DNA of 63,133 bases, counting the filler, from Methanobacteriota archaeon (GTDB taxonomy: Archaea; JACRDV01), in the NCBI GenBank assembly GCA_024860865.1. It is 6 parts of 6 records of this genome, joined end to end, with 100 filler letters (N's around TTAATTAATTAA, not from the genome) between each part and the next. Parts side by side here need not be neighbours in the genome. Positions count along the whole stretch, not along the records: positions 27,851 to 34,239 come from JACRDV010000089.1; positions 34,340 to 56,073 come from JACRDV010000090.1; 4 more parts are not named here. The stretch is one strand, 5' to 3'. This document shows positions 30,014-40,293 of the stretch, one piece after another. The stretch's first letter is position 1; each line of letters starts with the position of its first letter. The notes beneath the pieces are model-generated. The model was not told the origin of the DNA, made no database searches, and saw nothing but the letters and a program-made list of their open reading frames with translations. The position numbers were made by a program, and so were the translations under genes.

Positions 30014-30769
30014 CTAAAACAAACTAAACTTTATGGTCGGCATCTCGCCTTTAATAACTTCTCCACTAGCCCCATCTATAATAATGCGATACACTTCTCC
30101 TTTATAATTATAAGCCAAAAACCAAATTGGGGCATGTATATATACAGCATCTTCGACCTTAAATTCAGTTTTTATTTCAATAATTTTATCCACATCTTGG
30201 CTTGCTAGAAATTTATGGTGAGCTTCAATTTCCTGTCTTGCAATCTCAATTGCTTCCAGTTCGGTTATTTCACTGTTTAAAACTTGGGCGCTCTTTTCGA
30301 TTCTTGTGAAGTCAAAAGGTATTTTTCCTTCTAGAGGAATCTCGTATTCGCGAGTTGGAAAAGTTGCTGCTCTTCTGCCAAGAACCAACCAATTATAATT
30401 TTTTTTAATTACACCTTCCTTAACTATATTTAAGCCTGTGCGCTCGAAGACTCCTTTATATGTGCTAGAGGCCTCAACCGGAACCGACCAAAAAGGAAGG
30501 TATTTCAAATTTGCTTCAGTTAATTTGGCTTTATTTTCGAGATCGCTCGGCTTTGCAAAACTCACTCTCATCCACTTGTACATTAAATCAGTAATTTGGG
30601 AGTTCGTATATTGGTTAAGCAACAGAGAGTGCTCAAGCGTAAAAGCTTCACGAGTAGTAATAGTGCTAGTGTAACCGCAGTATTTACAAGAAACAATGAT
30701 CTCCCCAGGTTCAAACTGAAGTGGAGCTCCACAATTGGAGCATTTAATTTCTTCAACAACTTCTACCAT
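30014..30769 (-). CDS. Zinc-ribbon protein (YdjG-like)
   Basis: CSNCGAPL...CKYCG, YLPFW, PIWF...Y, IDGASG. Confidence 0.75.
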   Translation of the reverse strand: MVEVVEEIKCSNCGAPLQFEPGEIIVSCKYCGYTSTITTREAFTLEHSLLLNQYTNSQITDLMYKWMRVSFAKPSDLENKAKLTEANLKYLPFWSVPVEASSTYKGVFERTGLNIVKEGVIKKNYNWLVLGRRAATFPTREYEIPLEGKIPFDFTRIEKSAQVLNSEITELEAIEIARQEIEAHHKFLASQDVDKIIEIKTEFKVEDAVYIHAPIWFLAYNYKGEVYRIIIDGASGEVIKGEMPTIKFSLF

Positions 30770-30933
30770 ATATCCACACTTATCTGGGTGCTGTTGCGGC
30801 TTATTATATTTTTACGAATCCAATAAAATAATATATTCAATAAAAAATTTCCCACTAAATTGCTTAAATAGTTACGTAAAAGTTAATATTAATAATATGA
30901 TACTTTGTATGAGGAAAACTAAGGAGGTATAGA

Positions 30934-31173
30934 ATGGGAAAACATTGTCAAAGTTGTGGAATGCCCATGGAGGATGCTTCTCAACATGGTGGAAGAGATA
31001 TAAATAATCCTTACTGTGTCTATTGTACAACACCTGAAGGCAAGCTGAAGAGCCGTAAAGAAGTAAGGGAAGGAATGATAGGCTTCTATATCTCTCAGAT
31101 GAAGAAGACTAGAAAAGAAGCAGAGAAGATCGTCGATGAAACAATGAGCAAGATGCCTGCCTGGAAGAAATAG
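30934..31173 (+). CDS. Zinc ribbon domain protein
   Basis: CQSCGMPM...YCVYC, C-terminal PAWK; SD GGAGG. Confidence 0.8.
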   Translation: MGKHCQSCGMPMEDASQHGGRDINNPYCVYCTTPEGKLKSRKEVREGMIGFYISQMKKTRKEAEKIVDETMSKMPAWKK

Positions 31174-31453
31174 AAGAAAAGGATATTTTTACATTTTATA
31201 TTCAGGTAATAGTTTTGGATTATCTTTGAGCTTTTTTGGATTTTTTAAGCTTTATATATTTTTCAAGAAGAAAATAAAACTGGAAAGATGTGGTCAACAC
31301 TGCTGAAAACTCGCCTTCTTTCATTCTCAGAGGAAGAATACGGAACACGAGATTTGTGATTAGATCAAATAAAAGATAAACTTTGTAAAATTTATAAAGC
31401 TAGAACTTAATTCTTTTACTAAAATCAGCTGTATCAAATTAGAATGGGATGCA

Positions 31454-32470
31454 ATGGGTAGTTTAGCAGAATTAAAGGGAACGATGGTATTAACTGTAAC
31501 CCTCGTATTTGGACTCCTTGCAGCAGTTTTAGCCGCTATTTTGTTTTTCATAGGTGCATCAGTAATTTTTGCTATATTCCTCACTTTTCTTTTCGTATTA
31601 TTTCAATGGGCAGTTGGACCATTTATTATTAGAGCCTCAACAGGATTGCGCTATCTTGAGCCAAGTGAAAATCCCTGGCTAGAATCTACTGTTAAAGAAC
31701 TTGCTTTAAAGAGCGGAGTTCCTATGCCTAGACTTGCTATTGTGCCAGCTCCATCTTTGAATGCCTTTGTTTTTGGTCGCACTACATCAGGAATGACGCT
31801 AGCGCTCCATCAAGGTTTGTTGGAAAAGCTCACTCAAAGCGAGATTCGCGGTGTGATTGGACATGAGCTAGGGCACATCAAACACAGAGATGTTATCATA
31901 ATGACAATTCTATCTGCAATTCCATTGATTTGTTACATAATTGCCCGCGGAATATTTTGGAGCGGAAGAGGTCGCAGTCGACGTGAGAAAGGTGCTGGTG
32001 CGGTAGTACTTGCTGCTATTGTCGCATATTTTGCTTATTTAATCTCCCAACTTTTAATTATGAAATTCAGCCGGCTGCGCGAGCATTATGCAGACACTTA
32101 CTCAGCCTACTTAACTGCTTCGCCTAGGGGTTTGGAGAGCGCTCTCACGAAAATCGCTTATGGGCTATCTCTTGAACCCGAAGAGCCACATGGTGCTAGA
32201 GCATTTTATATTTCAGATCCAGTTTTGGCTAAAGCAGAAGTTGGAGCTATATTAGAAAGAAAACAAGAATATGATTTAGACAAAGATGGAGTACTGGATG
32301 AAAAAGAACTGCAGCTAGCAATGGAACAAGAAGCAAAATCAACTTGGAAAAATATTAACAGCTGGTTTTCAACCCACCCGCCAACTTTTAGGAGAATCAT
32401 TTTGTTGCGTCAGATTGAAAATGAAATGAAAGTTAGTAAATACGTGACCGATATCTACAAGTATATTTAG
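31454..32470 (+). CDS. htpX: Zinc metalloprotease HtpX (M48)
   Basis: NAF, HELGH, SRLREHYAD, STHPP; internal DLDKDGVLDEKE loop. Confidence 0.92.
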   Translation: MGSLAELKGTMVLTVTLVFGLLAAVLAAILFFIGASVIFAIFLTFLFVLFQWAVGPFIIRASTGLRYLEPSENPWLESTVKELALKSGVPMPRLAIVPAPSLNAFVFGRTTSGMTLALHQGLLEKLTQSEIRGVIGHELGHIKHRDVIIMTILSAIPLICYIIARGIFWSGRGRSRREKGAGAVVLAAIVAYFAYLISQLLIMKFSRLREHYADTYSAYLTASPRGLESALTKIAYGLSLEPEEPHGARAFYISDPVLAKAEVGAILERKQEYDLDKDGVLDEKELQLAMEQEAKSTWKNINSWFSTHPPTFRRIILLRQIENEMKVSKYVTDIYKYI

Positions 32471-32478
32471 GGTTAATC

Positions 32479-32826
32479 ATGCCTAGGTTTGGGTTAATCT
32501 CTATCGGAGTTTTTTTGATAATTTGTGGAGTAGTTATTAGCTTTTGGCTAGCTGGCATATTGGCTAAGGCTGAAGTTTTACCTATTGTAATCGTTCTTCT
32601 GGGAGTTTGGGTCTTTGTTATAGCAGCTGTTAAGGCTATAAAACCGGTGGCTTATGAACGGGGAGCATTTCAAACTGCTTGTTTTGGGGCTATAGCAGTT
32701 ATAGTTGGATTACTTTTGGAACTTAGAGTTAAAGGAATTGGCAGCACTGCCGTTTGGGCAATTGGGCTTATACTAATAGGTGCGCTTTTTGTTATTATAG
32801 CGGCTCGCGAATGGATTAAAAAATAA
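32479..32826 (+). CDS. Small 4-TM membrane protein
   Basis: Hydrophobic 115-aa ORF directly after htpX. Confidence 0.65.
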   Translation: MPRFGLISIGVFLIICGVVISFWLAGILAKAEVLPIVIVLLGVWVFVIAAVKAIKPVAYERGAFQTACFGAIAVIVGLLLELRVKGIGSTAVWAIGLILIGALFVIIAAREWIKK

Positions 32827-32890
32827 CTTGGCATAATATTAAGTGCAAAAATGAACGACCTTTCTAAACCATGGAGGGATTTGTATTCGC

Positions 32891-34239
32891 ATGCTAGTTG
32901 ACGGTGAATGGATTGAAAGTGTTTCTGGCAAAACTTTTCCGGTAATTGATCCTGGAAATGGAGAGAAAATAGATGATGTTCCATTAGGAACAAGGGAGGA
33001 TGCGAAGCACGCAGTTGAAGTTGCGCAGAAGAAATTTAGTGTTATTGCAGATATGACTGCACATCAAAGGTCTAGAATTTTGGTAAAAACGGCTCATTTA
33101 ATCGATGGAAAGAAAGATGAAATTGCGAAGTTAATTGCGAGAGAAGCTGGAAAGGTTTACAAAGATGCTATTTTTGAAATCAAGCGAGCAATTAATGTCT
33201 TTATCTTTTCAGCTGAGGAGGCTAAAAGAGTAAATGGAGAAAGCCTTCGAGCAGATGCAAGTGAAATTCCAGCGGGCAATGAAAAAAGAATTGTGTTTAC
33301 TGTTAGAGAGCCAGTTGGAGTAGTCGCAGCAATTTCTCCTTTTAATTTTCCACTGCTCTTGCTTTCGCACAAAGTTGCCCCTGCAATAGCTGCTGGCAAT
33401 GCTGTAGTTGCAAAGCCAAGCACGAGCACTCCATTGACTGCACTTAAACTTGGGGAGCTAATGCTTAGTGCAGGTTTGCCGAATGGAGTTTTTAATGTTG
33501 TAACTGGTCCAGGTTCAACTGTTGGTGCTGAACTTGTTGAAAATCCAAATACCAATATTATTAGTTTTACTGGCGAAGTGGTAACTGGCATTCAAATTGC
33601 ACAAAATGCAAGCAAGCACAGGCCAAAAAAAGTAATACTAGAAATGGGTGGAATGGACCCATTGATTATTTGCGATGATGCTAACATCGAAGAGGCTGTT
33701 AATGCAGCAGTTTCTGGAGTATATTATAATGCTGGGCAAGTTTGCACAGCAACTAAGCGGATAATTGTTTTTAATAAAATTTCTGAAGTATTTATCAAAA
33801 AATTGATTGAAAGAGTTAAAAATTTAAAAGTCGGATATCAATTAGAACCAGAGACTGATGTTGGTCCATTAATTAATGCTCAAGCAATAGAAAAAGTGAA
33901 TAATTTAGTGAAAGATGCTGTTGAGAATGGTGCGAAGTTATTGGTTGGCGGAAGACGGTTAAAAGAAGGAGGCTATCAAAAGGGCAGCTACTATGCTCCA
34001 ACAGTTTTGGATTATGTTCAGCCTTCTATGAGAATTGCTCAAGAGGAAATATTTGGTCCAGTTGCGCCTTTATTTAGAGTTGATAATATTGAGCAAGCGA
34101 TAGAAGTTGCAAACTCAACAAAGTATGGTTTGCAGGGTGCGATATATACAAGCAATTTAAAATACGCTTTTCAAGCGGCCAGAAAAATTAAGGCTGGTGG
34201 TTTTATGATCAATGACCCAACAAATTTCAGAGCAGACCA
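32891..34239 (+). CDS. NAD(P)-dependent aldehyde dehydrogenase, 3'-truncated
   Basis: PFNFP, KPS, FTG, LEMGG, GQVCT, EEIFGP. Confidence 0.93.
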
Positions 34240-34339
34240 NNNNNNNNNNNNNNNNNNNNNNNNNNNNNNNNNNNNNNNNNNNNTTAATTAATTAANNNNN
34301 NNNNNNNNNNNNNNNNNNNNNNNNNNNNNNNNNNNNNNN
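34240..34339. other. Artificial contig linker
   Basis: N-run with TTAATTAATTAA. Confidence 0.99.
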
Positions 34340-34374
34340 TAGCAAACGAAGTTTATCAATTAGCGAAGAAGTCA

Positions 34375-34557
34375 TCAGGCTTCTATGGCAGTTGTGGAGG
34401 GCTTTTTTTCAATTAAAACTGGGTAAAGCACTATTGTAGAACCAGAAGGGAGATCTTTCAATTTATCTGGGTTAGCAATTATTTCAAGCAAAAACTTCTC
34501 AATAAGTTCTAAGTTTTCATGGACTAATCGTTTTCTCTTCTGGTTAATCTTGGGCAT
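34375..34557 (-). CDS. DUF5647-like small protein
   Basis: NLELIEKFLLEIIANPDKL..LPSGSTIV; overlaps upstream gene. Confidence 0.55.
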   Translation of the reverse strand: MPKINQKRKRLVHENLELIEKFLLEIIANPDKLKDLPSGSTIVLYPVLIEKKPSTTAIEA

Positions 34558-34855
34558 AACCGCACCTCTTTAAGTAATTCTCCCAGTTCTGCTTTATATC
34601 ATTAATTGCATATTTAACAACTTCATTTAAGTCTGTTTCTGGGATTCTTTCTTTAGCTTTAGATCCGTCTGAAAGCATGATATCTTTATGCGGAAAACCA
34701 TGTGCATAGTTATATCTGACAACTGCTTTCCATCCACCTAAAACCATAGCTTCTAGTTGAATTACAAAATTTTTTACCTTGCCTTTCTCAATAGTAATAT
34801 CTACTCTCATTCTGTCCTTATCAGACAAAGGAATGAAATAGAACTTTCTTACCAA
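34544..34855 (-). CDS. Small putative toxin-like protein (RYxxAHGFPHxD family)
   Basis: FVIQLE...VVRYNYAHGFPHKD motif; two-gene module next to the tRNA 3' end. Confidence 0.6.
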   Translation of the reverse strand: MVRKFYFIPLSDKDRMRVDITIEKGKVKNFVIQLEAMVLGGWKAVVRYNYAHGFPHKDIMLSDGSKAKERIPETDLNEVVKYAINDIKQNWENYLKRCGYAQD

Positions 34856-34956
34856 AATTATACCAACTTTAATTTGTGTTTTTTAAGCTCCTTAGAGTTT
34901 CATCTATTAAAAATAGTGCTATTGTATTATTGTAAAAGCATAATTAAGATTAAAAG

Positions 34957-35045
34957 CGGGCCCGGCGGGATTTGAACCCGCGATCAACAGCTTTCTTCTA
35001 AAAAGATAGGAGGCTGCTGCCTTATCCGGGCTAGGCCACGGGCCC
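34957..35045 (-). tRNA. tRNA-Arg(CCT) with 14-nt intron at position 37/38
   Basis: Acceptor GGGCCCG/CGGGCCC, T arm GCGGG-TTCAAAT-CCCGC, anticodon stem GCAGC/GCTGT with CT-CCT-A; intron 34993-35006; no encoded CCA. Confidence 0.93.
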
Positions 35046-35107
35046 TATTTGATATTTATCAGAAACTTAAAAATACTTTTTGGACTAAAAATAAACAAAC
35101 AATGCTG

Positions 35108-36949
35108 TTATTCAGCAGACACAATTTTGATTTTCTCACCTACATCGATTGCAGTGAGCAATCTCTCAGCAATGTTGGATTTTTTGCTTATTCGAACATC
35201 GCCTGCTCGTCCAGCAGTTGCTGTGAAAAGATATTCGTCTTCAACATATACCTCAACTGATTTACCAGCCATCCCTTCGCCTAAAGAGAAGATTATATGC
35301 TTGTCTGTCCTCTGAAGTTCAGCCGGTACTTCCGGTTTTATTTTAGGTCCTCTTTCTTCAAATGCTCGAACATCAATGGAAATTCCAAGGCTGTCTTCTA
35401 TTTTTTCAATTGTTTTGCCTCGTTTGCCGAGTATGCGAGGAATGGTTCTGTCATCAGCCCAAATTATTGCACGAGACTCCGAAGGCATCTCGATTTCAAC
35501 GTGTGCATCTCGAGTATATTTTCTAATTTCTTGTAAAACTCTATCAGCAGCAAGCTTTGTTACTGGCGCAGCAACTCTGCGCGCTCTTCCAACTGGCATT
35601 ACTACGACTTCTTCTCCAAAAGTATAAATTTCATATTCTACTTTTCCAGTTTCGAAATCTCTAACTTCAATAAGAGGGCGAGCTAAATCTTCTTCATACA
35701 TTCCAGTTGGAACTCTCACACTTTGAACAATCTCATAGACTTTTCCAACACCTCCATCTTTAATGAAAATAATCGTGTCGACAATTGAGGGTATCATCCC
35801 CAACTCAACTCTGCCGATCAACCTTTGAACCGCATCTATAGCTTCAGCACAATGGACAACTCCAACCATACCAATTCCGGCAAGCCTCATATCCGCATAT
35901 ACTTGGAAATCAGAGGTTTTTCTCATTTCATCAAAAATAGTATAATCAGGCCTAACTAACAAAAGGATCTCGGCTGTTTTCTCCATCGAGCCCTCTAATG
36001 CCCTGTATTGAGTGACTTCATCAGAGACCATCAAATCGCGCGGTTGTTCCATTGTTTTAATGATGCATCCTTTTTCTTTATAAAATTCTGCCAAGGCTGA
36101 GGAGAAAGTGGTTTTCCCGCCTCCTGGTGGCCCGGCCACTAAAATTCCCTCAGCTCGCTCCTTTAGTCTCTGCTTAAGTTTAGGGCTTAAAGTATAATCA
36201 TTAAGAGTAATTTTCGCAACTGGTCTAACTGCAGTTATCTCATATCCATCTGAAAAAGGTGGTCTGGCAATTGCAATGCGCATATCTCCAAGCTGGATTA
36301 CTGTTGCGCCTTTCCTTTCAATTTCAATGAAGCTGTCCTTAAATGATGCCTTTCGAGTTTCTTCAATTATCTCTCTAGCAATCCCAACTATCTCATCAGC
36401 TGCGCAAGATTGATCTCGAAGTTTAACAAATTTCACTTGTCCTGGTTTACCTCTTTTCGCAATTGGTGGAACCCCTTCTTTTAAATGCAGAGACATAGTA
36501 TCTGGAGTGAAAAACTTCATTATAGAGAGCTCTTTTGCAACAGCTTTTTCAGGCTCTAAATAAATTGTCTCAATTCCATATGCTCTTGCAACTTCAGCTT
36601 GAACTTTGTCAGATGTTAGGAGCGTAGCATCCAACTTCCTTGCAAAGTCTCTTATCATCGCATCAATTTCTCCGCCTGGAGCTAACTTGATTTTCTCAAG
36701 GCTAGGTCGCTCACCAGTATACTCAAGCTCAATCTTTCCCTCATCAGCAAGTCTCCTTAGCGCTTGAAGCTCTTGTAAACCTGAATGGCCAGTTTCTCTC
36801 CCTTGATTCGCCTGGAATTCAAGTTCAGCGACAACTGGCTCAGGAACAACTATCTTTGTCTTTTCAATCTTTCCTTCTTCAATCAGCTTAGTTATCCGAC
36901 CATCAACTACAACGCTGGAGTCAACCACAATTTTTTGCATTTCTTTCAT
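35108..36949 (-). CDS. PIN-domain ATPase with KH domain (PINA)
   Basis: N-terminal PIN ([10 protein letters not shown]), Walker [20 protein letters not shown]. Confidence 0.92.
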   Translation of the reverse strand: MKEMQKIVVDSSVVVDGRITKLIEEGKIEKTKIVVPEPVVAELEFQANQGRETGHSGLQELQALRRLADEGKIELEYTGERPSLEKIKLAPGGEIDAMIRDFARKLDATLLTSDKVQAEVARAYGIETIYLEPEKAVAKELSIMKFFTPDTMSLHLKEGVPPIAKRGKPGQVKFVKLRDQSCAADEIVGIAREIIEETRKASFKDSFIEIERKGATVIQLGDMRIAIARPPFSDGYEITAVRPVAKITLNDYTLSPKLKQRLKERAEGILVAGPPGGGKTTFSSALAEFYKEKGCIIKTMEQPRDLMVSDEVTQYRALEGSMEKTAEILLLVRPDYTIFDEMRKTSDFQVYADMRLAGIGMVGVVHCAEAIDAVQRLIGRVELGMIPSIVDTIIFIKDGGVGKVYEIVQSVRVPTGMYEEDLARPLIEVRDFETGKVEYEIYTFGEEVVVMPVGRARRVAAPVTKLAADRVLQEIRKYTRDAHVEIEMPSESRAIIWADDRTIPRILGKRGKTIEKIEDSLGISIDVRAFEERGPKIKPEVPAELQRTDKHIIFSLGEGMAGKSVEVYVEDEYLFTATAGRAGDVRISKKSNIAERLLTAIDVGEKIKIVSAE

Positions 36950-37362
36950 TTTATATGCCCGTAGACTTCTTCTGGTTTGAATATTTGCTTTAGAACAACT
37001 TTAAACTTGCCATTTTCCAACTTGCGGTGAAAGCAAGTTTTATAACCCTTATGACAGGCTCCGCTCACTTGCTCAACTTTAAGCAGCAAAGCATTTTCAT
37101 CGCAGTCAACATAGATTTCCTTAATCAATTGAAAATTTCCCGATTCTTCTCCTTTAAACCAAAGTTTCTTCCTTGATGTGCTCCAATACCAAACTTTTCC
37201 TGTTATAAGGGTCTTAATAACTGCCTCTTTATTCATAAAAGCGATCATTAAAACTTCATTTGTTATGTAATCCTGAGCAATAGCCTGAACTAACTTTTCA
37301 TTTTCAATTTGAGTGGTATAATTTAATGACTCAGCTATTTTTTGAGCCTCAGAGAGTTGCAT
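36946..37362 (-). CDS. hisI: Phosphoribosyl-AMP cyclohydrolase
   Basis: WSTSR..LWFKGEESG, DCD, ACHKGYKTCF. Confidence 0.95.
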   Translation of the reverse strand: MQLSEAQKIAESLNYTTQIENEKLVQAIAQDYITNEVLMIAFMNKEAVIKTLITGKVWYWSTSRKKLWFKGEESGNFQLIKEIYVDCDENALLLKVEQVSGACHKGYKTCFHRKLENGKFKVVLKQIFKPEEVYGHIK

Positions 37363-37377
37363 ATGTGGGCCCCAAAT

Positions 37378-38658
37378 TTACTTAAGAATTTCAATTATCT
37401 TATTGATTTCAACTTCTTCCTGAGAACCAGTTTTCATATTCCGTAAAACTATTTTGTTTTGTTTAATTTCTTTAGGACCAACAATTATTACATTGGGAAT
37501 TTTAATTGCGTTTGCATAGTCTAAAATTTTGCTCAATTTCCTCCGCATTAAATCCAAATCAACAGCAATGTTTGATTCTCGCAGCCTTTGAGCGATTTTA
37601 ATCGCCTCAGATCGAACTTCTTCAGCAACTGGTGCTATTAGGGCCTTTACACGCACATCTTCTGGTAATGTAACATTTTGAATTTTTACAGCCTCCATTA
37701 TTCTGTCAAATCCTAGAGCAAACCCGGTTGAACCTACAGTTTCTCCACCAAATAGCTCTGCTAAGCGATAAGAACCTCCGCCACAAATCTGGCTTTGAGC
37801 TCCTAAGCCAGAAGCATATATTTCAAAAACCATGCCGGTGTAATATTCAAGCCCGCGCGCAATTCCTAAGTTAACAAAGTAGCTTTTAAGATCAAAAATT
37901 TCCAACTTTTCTAAAATCTGTTCAAACAGGGCAAGAGCTTTCAAAGCACGTGTTTTATTTTTCAAAAGTTGTTTAGCTTTATTGAGAACTTCCCCTGGTT
38001 GGCCACATAGTTCAATTAACTTCAAAAGCAAATTTTGATCTTCTGGCTTAAGCTTGAGTCCTTCAAGATGGGCTTTCAGCCCTTCAACATCGCCTTTATC
38101 AATTAAGCTCATTACTTTATCCTGATTTGCCTCTTCAACATTCGCCTCTTGCAAAATTCCTCTCAAAACCCCTAAATGCCCGACATGAACTTCAAAATTT
38201 TTAAGCCCAATTTTTTCTATCGCTTTCGATGCAAGGGCAATAACCTCTGCATCAGCCTCCGGCTCATCGCTTCCAATCAACTCCACTCCCATGTGATAGA
38301 ATTGCCGCCAGCGCCCCATTTGTGGTTCCTCATATCTAAAACATGGTCCAACATAGTAGAATTTTAGCGGTTTTGGTGCTTTTTGAAAATTCTCAATATA
38401 CATCCGAATAATTGGAGCTGTTAACTCCGGTCTGAGAACTACATCTCGCCCACCTTTATCTTTGAAGGTATACATCTGTTGGACTACTTGTTCGCCAGAC
38501 TTTGTGGCAAAAAGCTCTAAGTGTTCAAAAACTGGGGTTTCAACTTCTCGGTATCCATAAGTTCCAAAAAGCTCTCTAACTGTCCTTTCAACATATCTTC
38601 TTTTACCCATCTCATCTGGAAGAAAATCTCTAGTACCTCGTGGGCGTGTCAGTTTCAA
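37378..38658 (-). CDS. hisS: Histidyl-tRNA synthetase
   Basis: PRGTRDF, LRPELT, FRYEEPQ.GR, RGLEYYTG, GGG.Y. Confidence 0.97.
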   Translation of the reverse strand: MKLTRPRGTRDFLPDEMGKRRYVERTVRELFGTYGYREVETPVFEHLELFATKSGEQVVQQMYTFKDKGGRDVVLRPELTAPIIRMYIENFQKAPKPLKFYYVGPCFRYEEPQMGRWRQFYHMGVELIGSDEPEADAEVIALASKAIEKIGLKNFEVHVGHLGVLRGILQEANVEEANQDKVMSLIDKGDVEGLKAHLEGLKLKPEDQNLLLKLIELCGQPGEVLNKAKQLLKNKTRALKALALFEQILEKLEIFDLKSYFVNLGIARGLEYYTGMVFEIYASGLGAQSQICGGGSYRLAELFGGETVGSTGFALGFDRIMEAVKIQNVTLPEDVRVKALIAPVAEEVRSEAIKIAQRLRESNIAVDLDLMRRKLSKILDYANAIKIPNVIIVGPKEIKQNKIVLRNMKTGSQEEVEINKIIEILK

Positions 38659-38666
38659 AAAAATCC

Positions 38667-39353
38667 CTATTGAACCTTAACTTCTTCAGAATGTCGTAAG
38701 TATTCCTTTAACATGTGAGGAAAAGTAGAGGCATCAACAAATCTTAAACCTAGCCTCTCTGCCCACATTCGAATTCCTTCATCGCTAGCAACAACCCCGG
38801 CATCCATCTCCTTGGCTAAGAGCAATACATCAATATCAGGAGAGCTGTCTAAAATTCCAAATCGAAGGGCATCTCTATATTTTTCTCTAAAATCCCTAAT
38901 GGTTTTTCCAACTATTTCTCTTTCAATTTTCTCCCTGCTTTCCCCTTTTGTAGATAGAACAATTGACTCGGTGGCAGCCTCCCAAATGAAGTCTTCAGCG
39001 GCTTTCATACCTTTGTTCATTCGCTCGCGCATATTTGAAACATATTCATAAAGAACTTCGGAAGGAATTTTAACTTCATATCTATTCGGCGTTTTTTTAA
39101 CTAACCAAGTGTCTACTTTAACTAAAACCCCTTCTCCACAAGCGTATCTGTTAATGTAGTCTCGAATTTCATTATAAACGGTTGGGAATGGAATATGGCA
39201 GCTAATATCAAGCTTAATTCTAGCTTGGGCTACCAGATCAATTATTCTTGACATTCCTTCGCAGATTTCTTTAACTCCAGCCCCTACCTCTTCACGAGCA
39301 TGAACGCCTGTTAGAGCAGTTGTATCCAATACAAATCGCTGGCGAGTGACCAT
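38667..39353 (-). CDS. RNA-free ribonuclease P (HARP, Aq880 homologue)
   Basis: RFVLDT, KTPNRYEVKIP, R.NKG, YR.ALR.GILDS..D.D, DEGI..WA..LG. Confidence 0.9.
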   Translation of the reverse strand: MVTRQRFVLDTTALTGVHAREEVGAGVKEICEGMSRIIDLVAQARIKLDISCHIPFPTVYNEIRDYINRYACGEGVLVKVDTWLVKKTPNRYEVKIPSEVLYEYVSNMRERMNKGMKAAEDFIWEAATESIVLSTKGESREKIEREIVGKTIRDFREKYRDALRFGILDSSPDIDVLLLAKEMDAGVVASDEGIRMWAERLGLRFVDASTFPHMLKEYLRHSEEVKVQ

Positions 39354-39428
39354 TATTTCACCTAAATTCTTTTAAATGATAATTGAATTTATAAAGCATA
39401 AATAAAAACTTTGTTAAAAGGGCTTAAT

Positions 39429-40220
39429 ATGTCAATATACATTAGAGAAGTTCTTAATCTCCTCATTGAAGGCAAAATAAGCTTAGAAGAAGCTGAAGAA
39501 AAGCTGAAATCAACTGGCATTAAAGAAGTCGGCAAAATTGCAAAACTTGACATATATAGACATACCAGAGCAGGCATCCCAGAAGTTGTAAATGCCGAAA
39601 ATAAATCTCCCCAAGATTTTGCGAAGTTGATGATTGAAATCGCAAAGAAAAACTCGGCTGCTATCGCAACCCGTGTTGATAAAGAAAAAATAGTTGCGTT
39701 AAAAAAAGCTTTACCGAAAAATTATCAGCTTGAAACAAACCAACTCGCTCGAACAGCAGTTATACGCTCAAAAAAAGCAAAAAGAATTAAAACTGGAGGA
39801 AAAATTGGAATTTTAACTGCTGGCACGTCTGATATACCTGTTGCTGAAGAAGCAAGAGTTATCGCTGAGGAAATGGGCTGCGAAGTTTTTACAGCATATG
39901 ATGTAGGAGTTGCTGGACTCCATCGGTTATTCCCCCCGCTTGAAGACATGGTTAAACAGAGTATTGATGCACTTGTGGTTGTAGCAGGAATGGAGGGAGC
40001 ATTGCCCTCTGTGGTTGCAGGATTAGTTGATATTCCAGTGATCGGGGTTCCAACTTCGACTGGCTATGGTATGGGAGGAAAGGGAGAGGCCGCTTTGTTA
40101 GCTATGCTGCAATCATGTTCTCCTGGTCTCGCCATTTGCAATATTGATAACGGTTATATGGCAGCCACTATCGCAGTTAAAATCGCCAATAAAATTGCAA
40201 AAGCCAGGCTTGCTCACTGA
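39429..40220 (+). CDS. larB: Nickel pincer cofactor biosynthesis protein LarB (PurE-like)
   Basis: AGTSDIPVAEEA, DVGVAGLHR, AGMEGALPSVV, VPTSTGYG, NIDNG. Confidence 0.92.
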   Translation: MSIYIREVLNLLIEGKISLEEAEEKLKSTGIKEVGKIAKLDIYRHTRAGIPEVVNAENKSPQDFAKLMIEIAKKNSAAIATRVDKEKIVALKKALPKNYQLETNQLARTAVIRSKKAKRIKTGGKIGILTAGTSDIPVAEEARVIAEEMGCEVFTAYDVGVAGLHRLFPPLEDMVKQSIDALVVVAGMEGALPSVVAGLVDIPVIGVPTSTGYGMGGKGEAALLAMLQSCSPGLAICNIDNGYMAATIAVKIANKIAKARLAH

Positions 40221-40293
40221 TTGGTGCTATAGCTAGCAACTTTAATTGCAAATCGAATAGAGAAGAAAAAATGAAGCAAAAATAATTTTTAGC

